From assembly GCA_947626995.1 (NCBI GenBank), contig CANQUI010000004.1, forward strand, positions 11,586 to 75,585: a stretch of 64,000 nucleotides of DNA, read 5' to 3'. The notes under the pieces were generated by a model. That model was not told where the DNA came from, made no database searches, and saw only the letters and a list, made by a program, of their open reading frames with translations. Position 1 is the first letter of the stretch. Each line of letters opens with the position of its first letter. Both the position numbers and the translations under genes were made by a program. The stretch is from an uncultured Eisenbergiella sp. (GTDB taxonomy: Bacteria > Bacillota > Clostridia > Lachnospirales > Lachnospiraceae). Positions 1-10,415 of the stretch are shown in pieces.

Positions 1-905
1 GGATCGGTGCCATGCAGACGGAAGACGAGCTGTATTTTGGCATGGTGGGCAACAACGGATCTCCCTGTGCCAACCGCGCCATGAACGACGCGGATATGAT
101 CATCATGGTGGGCGCCCGGGTAGCGGACCGGGCCGTGAACCAGCCGGAGATCATCACGAAGGATAAGGTGCTGGTACACATGGACGTGGATCCCGCAGAG
201 ATCGGCAAGAACGCGGGGCCTACCATTCCTCTGGTGGGCGATGCGAAGCATATCTTTGAAAATCTGATGGAAATTGAGATTTCCTGCGATCACGGTCTCT
301 GGGTGCAGACTTTGTACGAGTACAGCAAAACCATGCAGGAAAAGCGGCGGCCCAATCCGGATTATATCGATCCGGCGGCGTTTATCCGCAAGCTTTCCGA
401 CCGTATGCAGCGGGATGCCATTTATGTGGCGGATGTGGGGCAGAATCAGATCTGGTCCTGCCGCAACTGCATCGTCCGGGACGGGAAATTCCTCACCTCG
501 GGCGGCATGGGCACGATGGGCTATTCCATCCCGGCGGCGATGGGAGCCAAGCTGGGCCTGCCTTCCCGTCAGGTGGTGGCGGTGTGCGGCGACGGTTCCT
601 TCCAGATGTCGATGATGGAACTGGCCACCATGCGCCAGCATCAGGTCCCGGTGAAAATCATTGTGATTGCAAACCGCTATCTGGGAATGGTGCGGGAATA
701 TCAGAACAATACCTACAAGGGCCGTTATTCGGTAGTGGATCTTTCCGGAAGTCCGGATCTTTCCCTGATCGCGCAGGCTTATGGGATGCGCTTCCTCCGT
801 CTTGAAAAAAGAGAGGACGAGGACGAGATGATCGGGGCGTTCCTGCAGGGAGACGATTCCGTGTTGATGGAATGTGTCATTGATCCTATGGATGTGGTGA
901 AATAA
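1..905 (+). CDS. ilvB: Acetolactate synthase large subunit (5'-truncated by window edge)
   Basis: ThDP-binding motif GDGSFQM...N, TSGGMGTMGY, VADVGQNQIW; the frame is open to the window start; ilvN follows. Confidence 0.93.
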   Translation, partial: IGAMQTEDELYFGMVGNNGSPCANRAMNDADMIIMVGARVADRAVNQPEIITKDKVLVHMDVDPAEIGKNAGPTIPLVGDAKHIFENLMEIEISCDHGLWVQTLYEYSKTMQEKRRPNPDYIDPAAFIRKLSDRMQRDAIYVADVGQNQIWSCRNCIVRDGKFLTSGGMGTMGYSIPAAMGAKLGLPSRQVVAVCGDGSFQMSMMELATMRQHQVPVKIIVIANRYLGMVREYQNNTYKGRYSVVDLSGSPDLSLIAQAYGMRFLRLEKREDEDEMIGAFLQGDDSVLMECVIDPMDVVK

Positions 906-915
906 GGAGGATCCC

Positions 916-1404
916 ATGAAAAAAATATATTCTGTTTTGGTAGAGAACCGTTCCGGCGTGCTGTGCAAAGTGGCGGGGCTCTTTTCCAGAAGGGCGTTCA
1001 ATATCAACAGTCTGGTGGTGGGCGAAACGGACGATCCCACCGTATCCTGCATGACCATCGTATCCAGCGGGGACGATCATACGCTGGAACAGATCGAAAA
1101 ACAGCTGAACAAGAAACTGGACGTGATCAAGGTCAAGACCTTCGACGAGGTTTCCTCCGTAAGCCGGGAGCTGATGCTGGTGAAGGTAAAGTACAATCGC
1201 AGCAACCGCCGGGACATCATGGAGATCGCCCAGGTGCTCCAGGCGCAGATCGTGGATATGTCCAGAACGCAGATGATGATTCAGCTGTGCGACGTGCCTG
1301 AAAGAGCGGAGCTGTTTTTGAAAATGCTGCAGTCTGTCAGCATTGTGGAGGTTGCCCGTACCGGGACCGTGGCGCTTTCCAAATGTCACGACCAGGAAAA
1401 CTGA
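916..1404 (+). CDS. ilvN: Acetolactate synthase small (regulatory) subunit, copy 1
   Basis: ACT domain ENRSGVLCKVAGLFSRRAFNINSL; C-terminal EVARTG; RBS AGGAGG directly after the ilvB stop. Confidence 0.9.
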   Translation: MKKIYSVLVENRSGVLCKVAGLFSRRAFNINSLVVGETDDPTVSCMTIVSSGDDHTLEQIEKQLNKKLDVIKVKTFDEVSSVSRELMLVKVKYNRSNRRDIMEIAQVLQAQIVDMSRTQMMIQLCDVPERAELFLKMLQSVSIVEVARTGTVALSKCHDQEN

Positions 1405-1447
1405 CGGCGGTATTTTATAACGCATGATTTGAAATCATCGACTTTTT

Positions 1448-1484
1448 ATAACCTGAAGTTATGAATAACATGACGCAAACTCAT
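1448..1484. promoter_or_regulatory. Candidate LysR-type site pair (recognition + activation site)
   Basis: ATAAC-N5-GTTAT at 1448-1462 and ATGAC-N5-CTCAT at 1470-1484, both T-N11-A, 22 bp apart, ending just before a -35. Confidence 0.55.
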
Positions 1485-1487
1485 ACA

Positions 1488-1516
1488 TTGACAGCGCCGA
1501 AGAATGTTGCTAGAAT
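1488..1516 (+). promoter_or_regulatory. SigA-type promoter for ilvN2-ilvC
   Basis: TTGACA (1488) - 17 bp - TAGAAT (1511) with TG extended -10. Confidence 0.75.
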
Positions 1517-1566
1517 AGGTTTCAATCATAACGGGGCTGCCGGAAAGAAAGAGAGGAAGGATCCTG

Positions 1567-2070
1567 ATGCAGAAGAAGACGTTTCAGCTCCTTGTGGACA
1601 ATACATCGGGCGTGCTGAGCCGGATTTCCGGCCTGTTTTCCAGGCGCGGCTATAATATTGAGAGCATTACGGCCGGCGTGACGGCGGATCCCAGATTTAC
1701 GCGGATCACCATCGTAGCCAGCGGAGACGACGAGATACTCGATCAGATCGAAAAGCAGGTGGCCAAGCTGGTGGACGTGCGGGATATTCATGAGCTGGAG
1801 CCCTCAGAGAGCGTTTTCCGCGAGCTGGCGCTGATCAAGGTAAAAGCCACGGCGGCAGAGCGGCAGGGGATCATTGCGGTAGCAAACGTATTCCGGGCCA
1901 ATATTATTGATGTGGGCACCGAGAATCTGATCATTGAGCTCACCGGTTCCCAGAGCAAGATCGAGGCCTTTTTAAAGCTTCTGGACGGATATGAGATCCT
2001 GGAGCTGGCGCGGACGGGCATCGCCGGACTGTGCCGCGGCGTGGAAAAGGTCGTATTTATCGATGAATAA
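1567..2070 (+). CDS. ilvN: Acetolactate synthase small subunit, copy 2
   Basis: ACT domain DNTSGVLSRISGLFSRRGYNIESITAG; ELARTG; RBS GAGGAAGG. Confidence 0.92.
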   Translation: MQKKTFQLLVDNTSGVLSRISGLFSRRGYNIESITAGVTADPRFTRITIVASGDDEILDQIEKQVAKLVDVRDIHELEPSESVFRELALIKVKATAAERQGIIAVANVFRANIIDVGTENLIIELTGSQSKIEAFLKLLDGYEILELARTGIAGLCRGVEKVVFIDE

Positions 2071-2110
2071 CTGCGGGTCAGACAATTTGTCCGCCGCAGG
2101 TACATCATAA

Positions 2111-3142
<1,032 letters not shown>

Positions 3143-3145
3143 TCC

Positions 3146-3173
3146 AAAAAGAACCGCGCAAGCGGTTCTTTTT
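3146..3173 (+). terminator. Intrinsic terminator after ilvC (bidirectional type)
   Basis: AAAAAGAACCGC-GCAA-GCGGTTCTTTTT, perfect 12-bp inverted repeat. Confidence 0.9.
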
Positions 3174-3200
3174 CTTGGAGGGGTTTCGGCGAAAAACCCA

Positions 3201-3229
3201 TTGCGCCAAAAAAGAGAATGGGGTATAAT
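3201..3229 (+). promoter_or_regulatory. SigA-type promoter for lgt
   Basis: TTGCGC - 17 bp - TATAAT. Confidence 0.6.
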
Positions 3230-3270
3230 GCAAACGGCTGAAAAAATATGGATGCAAAGAGGATGAGAGG

Positions 3271-4074
3271 ATGAAGAACAACCTTTTTTCCATCGGCCCG
3301 TTTACCATACACGGTTACGGTCTGATGATGGCGCTGGCGATTCTGACCGCATATTTTATGGTGGAATATCGGGGAAAGAAGAGAGGACTGGATGAGGACA
3401 GGCTTTTCCGGCTTGCTCTCTGCGCCGTTTTGAGCGGATTTCTGGGTTCCAAGCTTTTGTATCTGCTCACCAGACTGCCGGATCTGATCGCAGAGCCTTC
3501 TATATTCTGGGACTGCCTGGCAGACGGATGGGTGGTATACGGCAGTATCATCGGCGGCATCCTGGGCGCCTGGATCTATTGCCGCAAAAGCGGGCTCCCT
3601 TTTTTAAAAACCTTTGATCTGGTGGTTCCCTCGCTGGCGCTGGCCCAGGGAATCGGCAGGATCGGCTGCCTGCTGGCGGGCTGCTGTTACGGCATACCGG
3701 TCAGCGCGGACAACCCCATTGCCATTGTATTTCCCGACTCCTCCTTTGCGCCAAGCGGCGTGCCGCTGCTGCCTACGCAGATCATTTCCAGCGGTTTGAA
3801 TTTCCTGCATTTTGGCGTCTTGATGCTGTTGTCCGGCAGACTGAAAAAGGACGGGCAGCTGGCGGGCTGTTATTTGATTTTCTACAGCGTCGGCAGATTC
3901 GTTCTGGAATTTTACCGGGGGGATCTGATCCGGGGCAAAGTGGGAACGCTTTCCACCTCCCAGTTCATTTCGATCTTTATGTGTCTGATCGGAGTGTTCC
4001 TGCTGTTTTTCCTTTCCCGTTTTCAAAAAAATCCAGAAACTTCCGGACAGAAGCCGGATGCGGCGCTTGACTGA
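3271..4074 (+). CDS. lgt: Prolipoprotein diacylglyceryl transferase
   Basis: HGYG N-terminus, QGIGRIGC.LAGCCYG, PTQ, RFVLEFYRGD, multiple transmembrane segments. Confidence 0.92.
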   Translation: MKNNLFSIGPFTIHGYGLMMALAILTAYFMVEYRGKKRGLDEDRLFRLALCAVLSGFLGSKLLYLLTRLPDLIAEPSIFWDCLADGWVVYGSIIGGILGAWIYCRKSGLPFLKTFDLVVPSLALAQGIGRIGCLLAGCCYGIPVSADNPIAIVFPDSSFAPSGVPLLPTQIISSGLNFLHFGVLMLLSGRLKKDGQLAGCYLIFYSVGRFVLEFYRGDLIRGKVGTLSTSQFISIFMCLIGVFLLFFLSRFQKNPETSGQKPDAALD

Positions 4075-4918
4075 GATAGGAAAAGCCCACCTGCCGTTTG
4101 GGAATGGAAACCGGCATTTTCAATTGAAGCAGCCGGCCTTTGGCCAGGTCCTCCCGCACAAAATCCCGGATCACGCAGGCGATGCCAAGATCGATCTTGG
4201 CAAATTCTATGAGAAGATCCAGGGAGGTCACCTCGATCATCTGCGCCGCGGTCAGATTCTCCTGGGAAAGATAGCGGTCCACATATTGCCGCGTAATATT
4301 TTCTTTGTTCAACAGCATGAGCGTAGATTCGGAAAACACCTTTCGGGAAGACAGGGGGGTGTTTGAGGGGATACGCTCTTTCAGATTGTCCAGATAGGTT
4401 CTGGTGGTGACAAAAATATCCTGAATTTCCATAACCGGAAGGAACGTCAGCTGCTCCATATTGTCCGCCATCCCGATCAGGCCAAGGTCGACGCGGCCTT
4501 TTTCCAGCGCCTCGATGGTTTCATAGGAGGACTGACAGGAGATGGAGATCTGAATATGGGGGTTTTCCCGGACGAACGGACGCAGAATGGGCAGAAGCAC
4601 ATATTTGCACAGAGTGGTGGAAACGCCGATGGAAAGATGCCCCATTCCCAGCTTCTGCATACGCGAAAGCTGTTTTTCCCCCCATTCGATGGACGAAAAG
4701 GCGCCTGCCACCTGTCGGTAAAGAAGCTCCCCTTCCTCGGTCAGCCTGACGCCGCGGGAGGAACGCAGAAACAGGGTGGTGTTAAGACCGGCTTCCAGCT
4801 TGGAAATCGCCTTGCTGATGGCCGGCTGGCTGATGTAGAGTTCTCTGGCGGCGCCGGAGATGTTTTTGCAGCGGGCGACGGTGTAAAAAATGTGATAAAG
4901 ATTGAAATTCTGCTCCAT
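3977..4918 (-). CDS. LysR-family transcriptional regulator
   Basis: HTH NISGAARELYISQPAISKAISKLE...LFLRSSRGVRLTEEG; start placed at MEQNFNLY (4918); divergent from leuC. Confidence 0.93.
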   Translation of the reverse strand: MEQNFNLYHIFYTVARCKNISGAARELYISQPAISKAISKLEAGLNTTLFLRSSRGVRLTEEGELLYRQVAGAFSSIEWGEKQLSRMQKLGMGHLSIGVSTTLCKYVLLPILRPFVRENPHIQISISCQSSYETIEALEKGRVDLGLIGMADNMEQLTFLPVMEIQDIFVTTRTYLDNLKERIPSNTPLSSRKVFSESTLMLLNKENITRQYVDRYLSQENLTAAQMIEVTSLDLLIEFAKIDLGIACVIRDFVREDLAKGRLLQLKMPVSIPKRQVGFSYLSQAPHPASVRKFLDFFENGKGKTAGTLRSDT

Positions 4919-5012
4919 ATCCGTTCCTCTTTTCAACAGATTTGCCTGGTAAGACGATCCGAAAACCGTTTGGCATCTTCTATAACTTAAGTACATTATA
5001 ATTTATTATACT

Positions 5013-5049
5013 ATAACTCATATTTATAGTAAACATAAACGATAGGTAT
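5013..5049. promoter_or_regulatory. Candidate LysR site pair between lysR and leuC
   Basis: CTATAA-N7-TTATAG palindrome (5011-5029; core ATAAC-N5-TTTAT) and ATAAA-N5-GGTAT at 5035-5049, both T-N11-A, 22 bp apart; TG-N-TACACT -10 at 5073. Confidence 0.6.
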
Positions 5050-5142
5050 TTTCCTTTTCCCAAAGGATATGATACACTGGATTTATCATATCAGTAAAAT
5101 CAGCGGGATCCACGAAGGGTGGTCCCGGGAAGGAGTAAACCT

Positions 5143-6405
5143 ATGGGAATGACGATGACGCAGAAGATCCTGGCTGCCCACGCCGGTCTGGATCATGTGC
5201 AGGCCGGACAGCTGATCGAGGCGGATCTGGATCTTGTGCTCGGAAACGATATTACCAGTCCGGTCGCCATCAAAGAACTGGAAAAAATGAAAACGGAGGG
5301 GGTCTTTGATCGGGACAAGATCGCCCTGGTGCCGGATCATTTTGTGCCGAATAAGGATATCAAATCCGCCGAGCACTGCAAATGTGTGAGGGAATTTGCG
5401 TACCGCAATCAGATCACGAATTATTTCGAGGTGGGGGAAATGGGGATCGAACATGCGCTCCTGCCGGAAAAAGGCCTGACCGTTGCGGGCGACGTGATCA
5501 TCGGAGCGGATTCCCATACCTGTACCTACGGCGCGTTGGGCGCATTTTCCACGGGAGTGGGAAGCACGGACATGGCGGCGGGCATGGCCACCGGCAAAGC
5601 GTGGTTCAAGGTTCCTTCCGCGCTTCGCTTTTCGCTCATCGGCAAACCTTCCCGGTGGATCGGAGGAAAGGACGTGATCCTTCATATCATCGGGAAAATC
5701 GGGGTGGACGGCGCATTATACAAATCCATGGAATTTGTGGGAGAGGGCGTGAAAAACCTGAGCATGGACGACCGGTTTACCATTGCCAATATGGCGATTG
5801 AGGCGGGCGGCAAAAACGGCATTTTCCCGGTGGATGAAAAAACGGAGGCCTACCTGAAAGCACATTCTGTAAGACCGTACCGGATCTATGAGGCGGACCC
5901 GGACGCGGTCTACGATGCGGAATATATCATTGACCTGGGGGCCCTGCGGCCTACCGTCGCGTTTCCCCATCTGCCCGAAAATACCCGGACCATTGACGAG
6001 ATCACGGAAAAAGTGCCCGTGGATCAGGTGGTGATCGGTTCCTGTACAAACGGAAGGATCGAGGATATGCGGATGGCGGCGAGCGTATTAAAGGGCCGTC
6101 ATGTGGCCAGGGGCCTTCGCTGCATCGTGATTCCGGCCACACAGCAGGTTTATCTTAAGGCAATGGAAGAAGGGCTGCTGAAAATCTTTATCGAGGCGGG
6201 CGCCATTGTCAGCACGCCGACCTGCGGCCCCTGTCTGGGCGGCTATATGGGCGTTTTGGCGAAGGGGGAACGCTGCGTTTCCACCACCAACCGCAACTTT
6301 GTAGGACGTATGGGACATGTGGAATCGGAAATCTATCTGGCGGGACCCGCAGTGGCGGCGGCCAGCGCAGTGGCCGGCCGGATCGCAAGCCCCGAACAGC
6401 TGTAA
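5143..6405 (+). CDS. leuC: 3-isopropylmalate dehydratase large subunit
   Basis: [10 protein letters not shown] start, [29 protein letters not shown] Fe-S cysteines, STTNRNF. Confidence 0.93.
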   Translation: MGMTMTQKILAAHAGLDHVQAGQLIEADLDLVLGNDITSPVAIKELEKMKTEGVFDRDKIALVPDHFVPNKDIKSAEHCKCVREFAYRNQITNYFEVGEMGIEHALLPEKGLTVAGDVIIGADSHTCTYGALGAFSTGVGSTDMAAGMATGKAWFKVPSALRFSLIGKPSRWIGGKDVILHIIGKIGVDGALYKSMEFVGEGVKNLSMDDRFTIANMAIEAGGKNGIFPVDEKTEAYLKAHSVRPYRIYEADPDAVYDAEYIIDLGALRPTVAFPHLPENTRTIDEITEKVPVDQVVIGSCTNGRIEDMRMAASVLKGRHVARGLRCIVIPATQQVYLKAMEEGLLKIFIEAGAIVSTPTCGPCLGGYMGVLAKGERCVSTTNRNFVGRMGHVESEIYLAGPAVAAASAVAGRIASPEQL

Positions 6406-6458
6406 AAAAGTAAAACGGCAGCGCGGAGCCTGCAGAGCCGCGCAGAAATGAGGATAAC

Positions 6459-6974
6459 ATGAAAAAAGCAACAGGAAGAGTGTTTCGATACAAAGACAAC
6501 GTGGATACCGACGTTATCATTCCGGCCCGCTATCTGAATTCTTCGGATCCCAAAGAGCTGGCGATGCATTGCATGGAGGATATTGATGCGGATTTTGTGA
6601 AACGGGTGCAGCCGGGGGATATCATTGTGGCGGATAAAAATTTCGGCTGCGGTTCTTCCCGGGAACACGCGCCCATCGCGATCAAGGCGGCGGGCGTAAG
6701 CTGCGTCATCGCGGAGACGTTTGCCCGTATTTTCTACCGCAACGCCATCAACATCGGCCTGCCCATCATCGAATGTCCCGAGGCCGCCAGGGGAATCCAG
6801 GCGCAGGATGAGGTGGAAGTGGATTTCGATACGGGGATCATCACCAATAAGACCCGGTCCACGCAGTTTCAGGGGCAGGCGTTTCCGCCCTTTATGCAAA
6901 AGATCATCGCCGCCGGCGGCCTGGTCAATTATATCAACGAAAAAGAAAGCGGCCAGGCGCTCAATAACGATTGA
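6459..6974 (+). CDS. leuD: 3-isopropylmalate dehydratase small subunit
   Basis: [38 protein letters not shown]. Confidence 0.93.
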   Translation: MKKATGRVFRYKDNVDTDVIIPARYLNSSDPKELAMHCMEDIDADFVKRVQPGDIIVADKNFGCGSSREHAPIAIKAAGVSCVIAETFARIFYRNAINIGLPIIECPEAARGIQAQDEVEVDFDTGIITNKTRSTQFQGQAFPPFMQKIIAAGGLVNYINEKESGQALNND

Positions 6975-8694
6975 AGCAGGAAAAAATCTCCTGTCTTCTT
7001 GGTCTGGCCAGGTTGACCGGGACATAAGAGGATTCGCAGACGGCGGCCAGCCCTTTCTCCTGCATCAGTTTTTCCAGCTCGTCCACGATTTGTGTCAGGG
7101 GCAGGTCGGAATCGGCGTAATGTTCTTTGGCATAGCGCAGCAGATAGGAGAGGGCCGCGGTCTGTTCGCCGTCCACCAGTTGTTCCACATATCGTAAGTC
7201 CAGCGTCTCTTTGTCGATCATAAACGAGGTTTTGCCCAGCGTTTTGACTTTTGCGTGTTCCGGCCGGTTCTGGCCCATACGGTTTTGGGGTCTGCGATCT
7301 GCGCCGGTCCGGTCAGCCCGGGCAGCGTGCTTTAAGGAATGGGCCCGCCGGGCGCCGGGAAGAGAAAAGCCCTCTGCCCGAAACGTTTCGGGCCCTCTTT
7401 TTTCCAGGATCTGTTTTACCGCTCCGGTGATGTCCAGGGCGCGGTAGCAGTCCATCTGTAAGATGGTATCGGCGATATAAAAATAAGAACCGCAGCTTCC
7501 GACCACAAGAATGGTGGAGATCCCCGCTTTTTCATAGAGATCTCTGGCCCGTTCCAAAAAGGGAGTAATCGGTTCTTTTTTTCGCGCGATCACCTGCTGC
7601 ATCAGCGCGTCGCGGACCATAAAATTGGTGGCGGAAGTGTCCTCGTCGATGAGAAAAAGACGGCTGCCCGCTTCCATGCCTTCCACGATGGCCGCGGCCT
7701 GAGAGGTGGAGCCGCTGGCATCCAGAGTCGAAAAATGGGAGGTATCCGAGCCGTTTGGCAGGTCGTTGATGAACAGGGAAATATCCACGCAGTTGATTTT
7801 TCTGCCGTCCTCCGCCCGTAATTTCACGGCGGTCTGATCCGTTATGACAAATTCCCGTCCGTCTCCCGCAATGTGGTTATAGACGCCGCGTTCCAGCGCC
7901 TTTAACAGCGTGGATTTCCCATGATAGCCGCCGCCGGCGATCAGCGTGATCCCCCTGGGAATCCCCATTCCCCGAAGCGGCCCCCGATGGGGGAGCAAAA
8001 GGGTAAGGGACAGGCTTTTTGGAGCAGAAAAAGCGACCGCCTCTTTCATAGGACGGTCCGAGACGCCGCTTTCCCGGGGCAGGATGGAACCGTCCGCCAC
8101 AAAGGCCGTCAGGCCATGCAAAGGAAGCTGTTCGCGGATAAATTGCTGATCTTCCGCAAGATCGACGGCCTCTTTTACTTCCTTTTGGGGAAGCGCGCCA
8201 TAAAAAAGCGTGCTTTTTGCACATTGGGGCAGGTAATCAAACAGGATCTTTTCCAGTTCTTTGGCCAGAATGGTGCGTCCGGCGGCGGGAAACCCCACTT
8301 CAAAACGTACGATCAGTTCTTTTGGGGTGAATTCGCAGGCGGAGCGTTCCAGGACCTCCTGTCCGGGACGGCTGACGTCGATCAGGCCGCTTTTTCCGGA
8401 ACCGCCCGCCTGAAAACGGAATCGTCCGATGGCCCGGCCAAAAGAACGCAGAATGTAGTCCGAGAGCGCTATGCGTTTCCAGGGCCGATCCAGAAAACAT
8501 TCCGGAAAAGCGGCCCTGCTTCTTTCCACATGGAGGCTCAACCGGGACGGGGAGGCGAACGGGTCGCCCTGTACGTGGTCGATGGAAAGGACAAAGTCCG
8601 AATCGGCATAACTGCCGGCCAGCGATTTATAGGCCGGATATCCTTTGTGGTCGATGGCAGATAACATCGTCCGCAGGTCTGTCATTTTCTTCAT
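6961..8694 (-). CDS. ABC-class ATPase domain protein (COG3044-like, non-transporter)
   Basis: [11 protein letters not shown], Walker [25 protein letters not shown], Walker [15 protein letters not shown]; no transmembrane domain; start placed at MKKMTDL. Confidence 0.85.
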   Translation of the reverse strand: MKKMTDLRTMLSAIDHKGYPAYKSLAGSYADSDFVLSIDHVQGDPFASPSRLSLHVERSRAAFPECFLDRPWKRIALSDYILRSFGRAIGRFRFQAGGSGKSGLIDVSRPGQEVLERSACEFTPKELIVRFEVGFPAAGRTILAKELEKILFDYLPQCAKSTLFYGALPQKEVKEAVDLAEDQQFIREQLPLHGLTAFVADGSILPRESGVSDRPMKEAVAFSAPKSLSLTLLLPHRGPLRGMGIPRGITLIAGGGYHGKSTLLKALERGVYNHIAGDGREFVITDQTAVKLRAEDGRKINCVDISLFINDLPNGSDTSHFSTLDASGSTSQAAAIVEGMEAGSRLFLIDEDTSATNFMVRDALMQQVIARKKEPITPFLERARDLYEKAGISTILVVGSCGSYFYIADTILQMDCYRALDITGAVKQILEKRGPETFRAEGFSLPGARRAHSLKHAARADRTGADRRPQNRMGQNRPEHAKVKTLGKTSFMIDKETLDLRYVEQLVDGEQTAALSYLLRYAKEHYADSDLPLTQIVDELEKLMQEKGLAAVCESSYVPVNLARPRRQEIFSCFNRY

Positions 8695-8829
8695 GAAACA
8701 TCCCCCTTTTTCCTTTTTCCAATTGTCAAGGTCAGTATAATCAGTTCCCAAAACCCTGTCAACCGGGAAGCGCATTTTTGGCGTTCGCTCCTTTTTGGGG
8801 GAACGGATGGAAGGAAACAGAAATTTCAG

Positions 8830-8858
8830 GTGACATTTTCGCCTGTTTATTGTAAGAT
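8830..8858 (+). promoter_or_regulatory. SigA-type promoter for the membrane protein-TPR-NTase operon
   Basis: GTGACA - 17 bp - TAAGAT. Confidence 0.5.
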
Positions 8859-8867
8859 GGAAAGGGC

Positions 8868-9557
8868 ATGGAGGATGAGGATATCATGAGATTCAGGGAA
8901 GAAATGTTTAGAAGGATTTTGACGTTTATTACGGTAGCGGTGCTGTTTGGCATCGTCGTTTTCGAGGCCATTTCCCTGCAGGGGACGAGAAATGCCAGGG
9001 CGGAGGCCGAAAAAATGGTGCTGGAATTACAGGAAGATCTGCAGACGCTTTCCCAGTCCAACGAAGCGTTACGGCAGGAAAAGGAGGAGCTGACCGCGTT
9101 TTGGGAAGAATGGTCCCCCTACGCGGCTTTTACGGAAAGCAAGGAAGTCCTGACGCTGCAATCCGATCTGTTTCAAAGGCCGGAGATGATTCCCGATGAG
9201 GTGCGGGAGGCGGTTCTTTCAAAGCTGGAAGAGGAAACCCGTCAGGATTTACAGAACCCGTCGAAAGAGGAGGAGGAACTGTCCTTTTCCTTTTCCGATC
9301 CCGGACAGGACAGCGTCTTTCTCCCCTTACGCACAGGCGGATCGGATCAGGACGGCTGCCTGGTCTATACCGTGGCCCGGGAGGAAAATCACGGGATGCC
9401 GGTGGAGCTTTTGTTTGAAGTGGATTTTACCGTTTCCGGAAGTGTGATCGACCGCGATGAGAACGGAAAAATCAAATGGAACTGCGTGGCCTATGATATG
9501 GGAGACGGCTGGCAGGGGATCGGACCGGAAACGGACGGTCAAAAGCAAGAAGACTGA
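8868..9557 (+). CDS. Hypothetical membrane-anchored protein with coiled coil
   Basis: N-terminal hydrophobic helix ILTFITVAVLFGIVVFEAI, heptad-like segment, acidic C-domain; start 8868 or 8886. Confidence 0.7.
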   Translation: MEDEDIMRFREEMFRRILTFITVAVLFGIVVFEAISLQGTRNARAEAEKMVLELQEDLQTLSQSNEALRQEKEELTAFWEEWSPYAAFTESKEVLTLQSDLFQRPEMIPDEVREAVLSKLEEETRQDLQNPSKEEEELSFSFSDPGQDSVFLPLRTGGSDQDGCLVYTVAREENHGMPVELLFEVDFTVSGSVIDRDENGKIKWNCVAYDMGDGWQGIGPETDGQKQED

Positions 9558-9578
9558 TGGCAGGAGGGAAAAGGGCGG

Positions 9579-10415
9579 ATGGATATACAAAACGTTTTGG
9601 ACAAACTGGATCGTCTGTTTGCCGACAACCGGGTGGACGAGGTGGAGCCGTTTTTGTTGTCCCGGCTGGAACAGGCCAAAGAGGAAAAGGATTACGGTTC
9701 CTATCTTTCCATCGGCAACGAGCTGATCGGGTTTTATCGGAGCGTTTCGGAATATGAAAAGGCGTTTGCGATCTCCGAAGACGTGCTTTTGCTGATGGAA
9801 GAACTGCAGCTGGACAATACGGAACATTTTGCCACCACGCTTTTGAATACGGCCACCGCATACCGCGCGGCCGGAAGATACGAAGAGGCGCTGGCCGACT
9901 ATGCCCGCGCGCTGCGCATCTATGAAACCACCATTCCGGCGGGGGATTATCGGTTCGCCGGGCTTTACAACAATGTAAGCATTTTGCTGGAGCAGCTGGG
10001 AGACAACGAAAAAGCCGCCGTCTTTTTGGAACGGGCGATTGCAATTGTGGAAAAACAGCCGGATGCGAGAATGGAACTGGCGACCTCCAAGACCAATCTT
10101 GCGCTGATCTGTTTTAAGCTGCAGGATGAGAAAAGGGCGGAACAGCTTCTGACGGAGGCGATCGGGATTTTCCGGGAAAACAAAGAAAATACGGACGCCC
10201 ATTACAGCGCCGCGCTGGCCGGTATGGGGGAGGCCTGCTTTCGCATGGGAAGGCTGGAGAAGTCCCTTTCATTTTATCAGATGGCGCTGGAGGAAGTGCA
10301 AAAGCATTTCGGCAAAAACGACAGCTACCGTCTGCTGTGCGCCAATTGCGCGGCGGTTTTAAACCGGCTGGGGCGAAAGGAAGAAGCAAAGCGCTATGAA
10401 GAGGGGACGTTATGA
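9579..10415 (+). CDS. Tetratricopeptide repeat protein
   Basis: Repeated TPR-like helices (ATTLLNTATAYRAAGRYEEALADY; AGLYNNVSILLEQLGDNEKA; AALAGMGEACFRMGRLEKSL); the ORF extends upstream to 9557. Confidence 0.85.
   Translation: MDIQNVLDKLDRLFADNRVDEVEPFLLSRLEQAKEEKDYGSYLSIGNELIGFYRSVSEYEKAFAISEDVLLLMEELQLDNTEHFATTLLNTATAYRAAGRYEEALADYARALRIYETTIPAGDYRFAGLYNNVSILLEQLGDNEKAAVFLERAIAIVEKQPDARMELATSKTNLALICFKLQDEKRAEQLLTEAIGIFRENKENTDAHYSAALAGMGEACFRMGRLEKSLSFYQMALEEVQKHFGKNDSYRLLCANCAAVLNRLGRKEEAKRYEEGTL

Noticed and set aside
2071-2099. Intergenic GC hairpin between ilvN2 and ilvC (similar one at 6421-6443 between leuC and leuD)
   Set aside because: No U-tract and no repeated copies in the window; likely ordinary mRNA-stabilising stems rather than a REP family.
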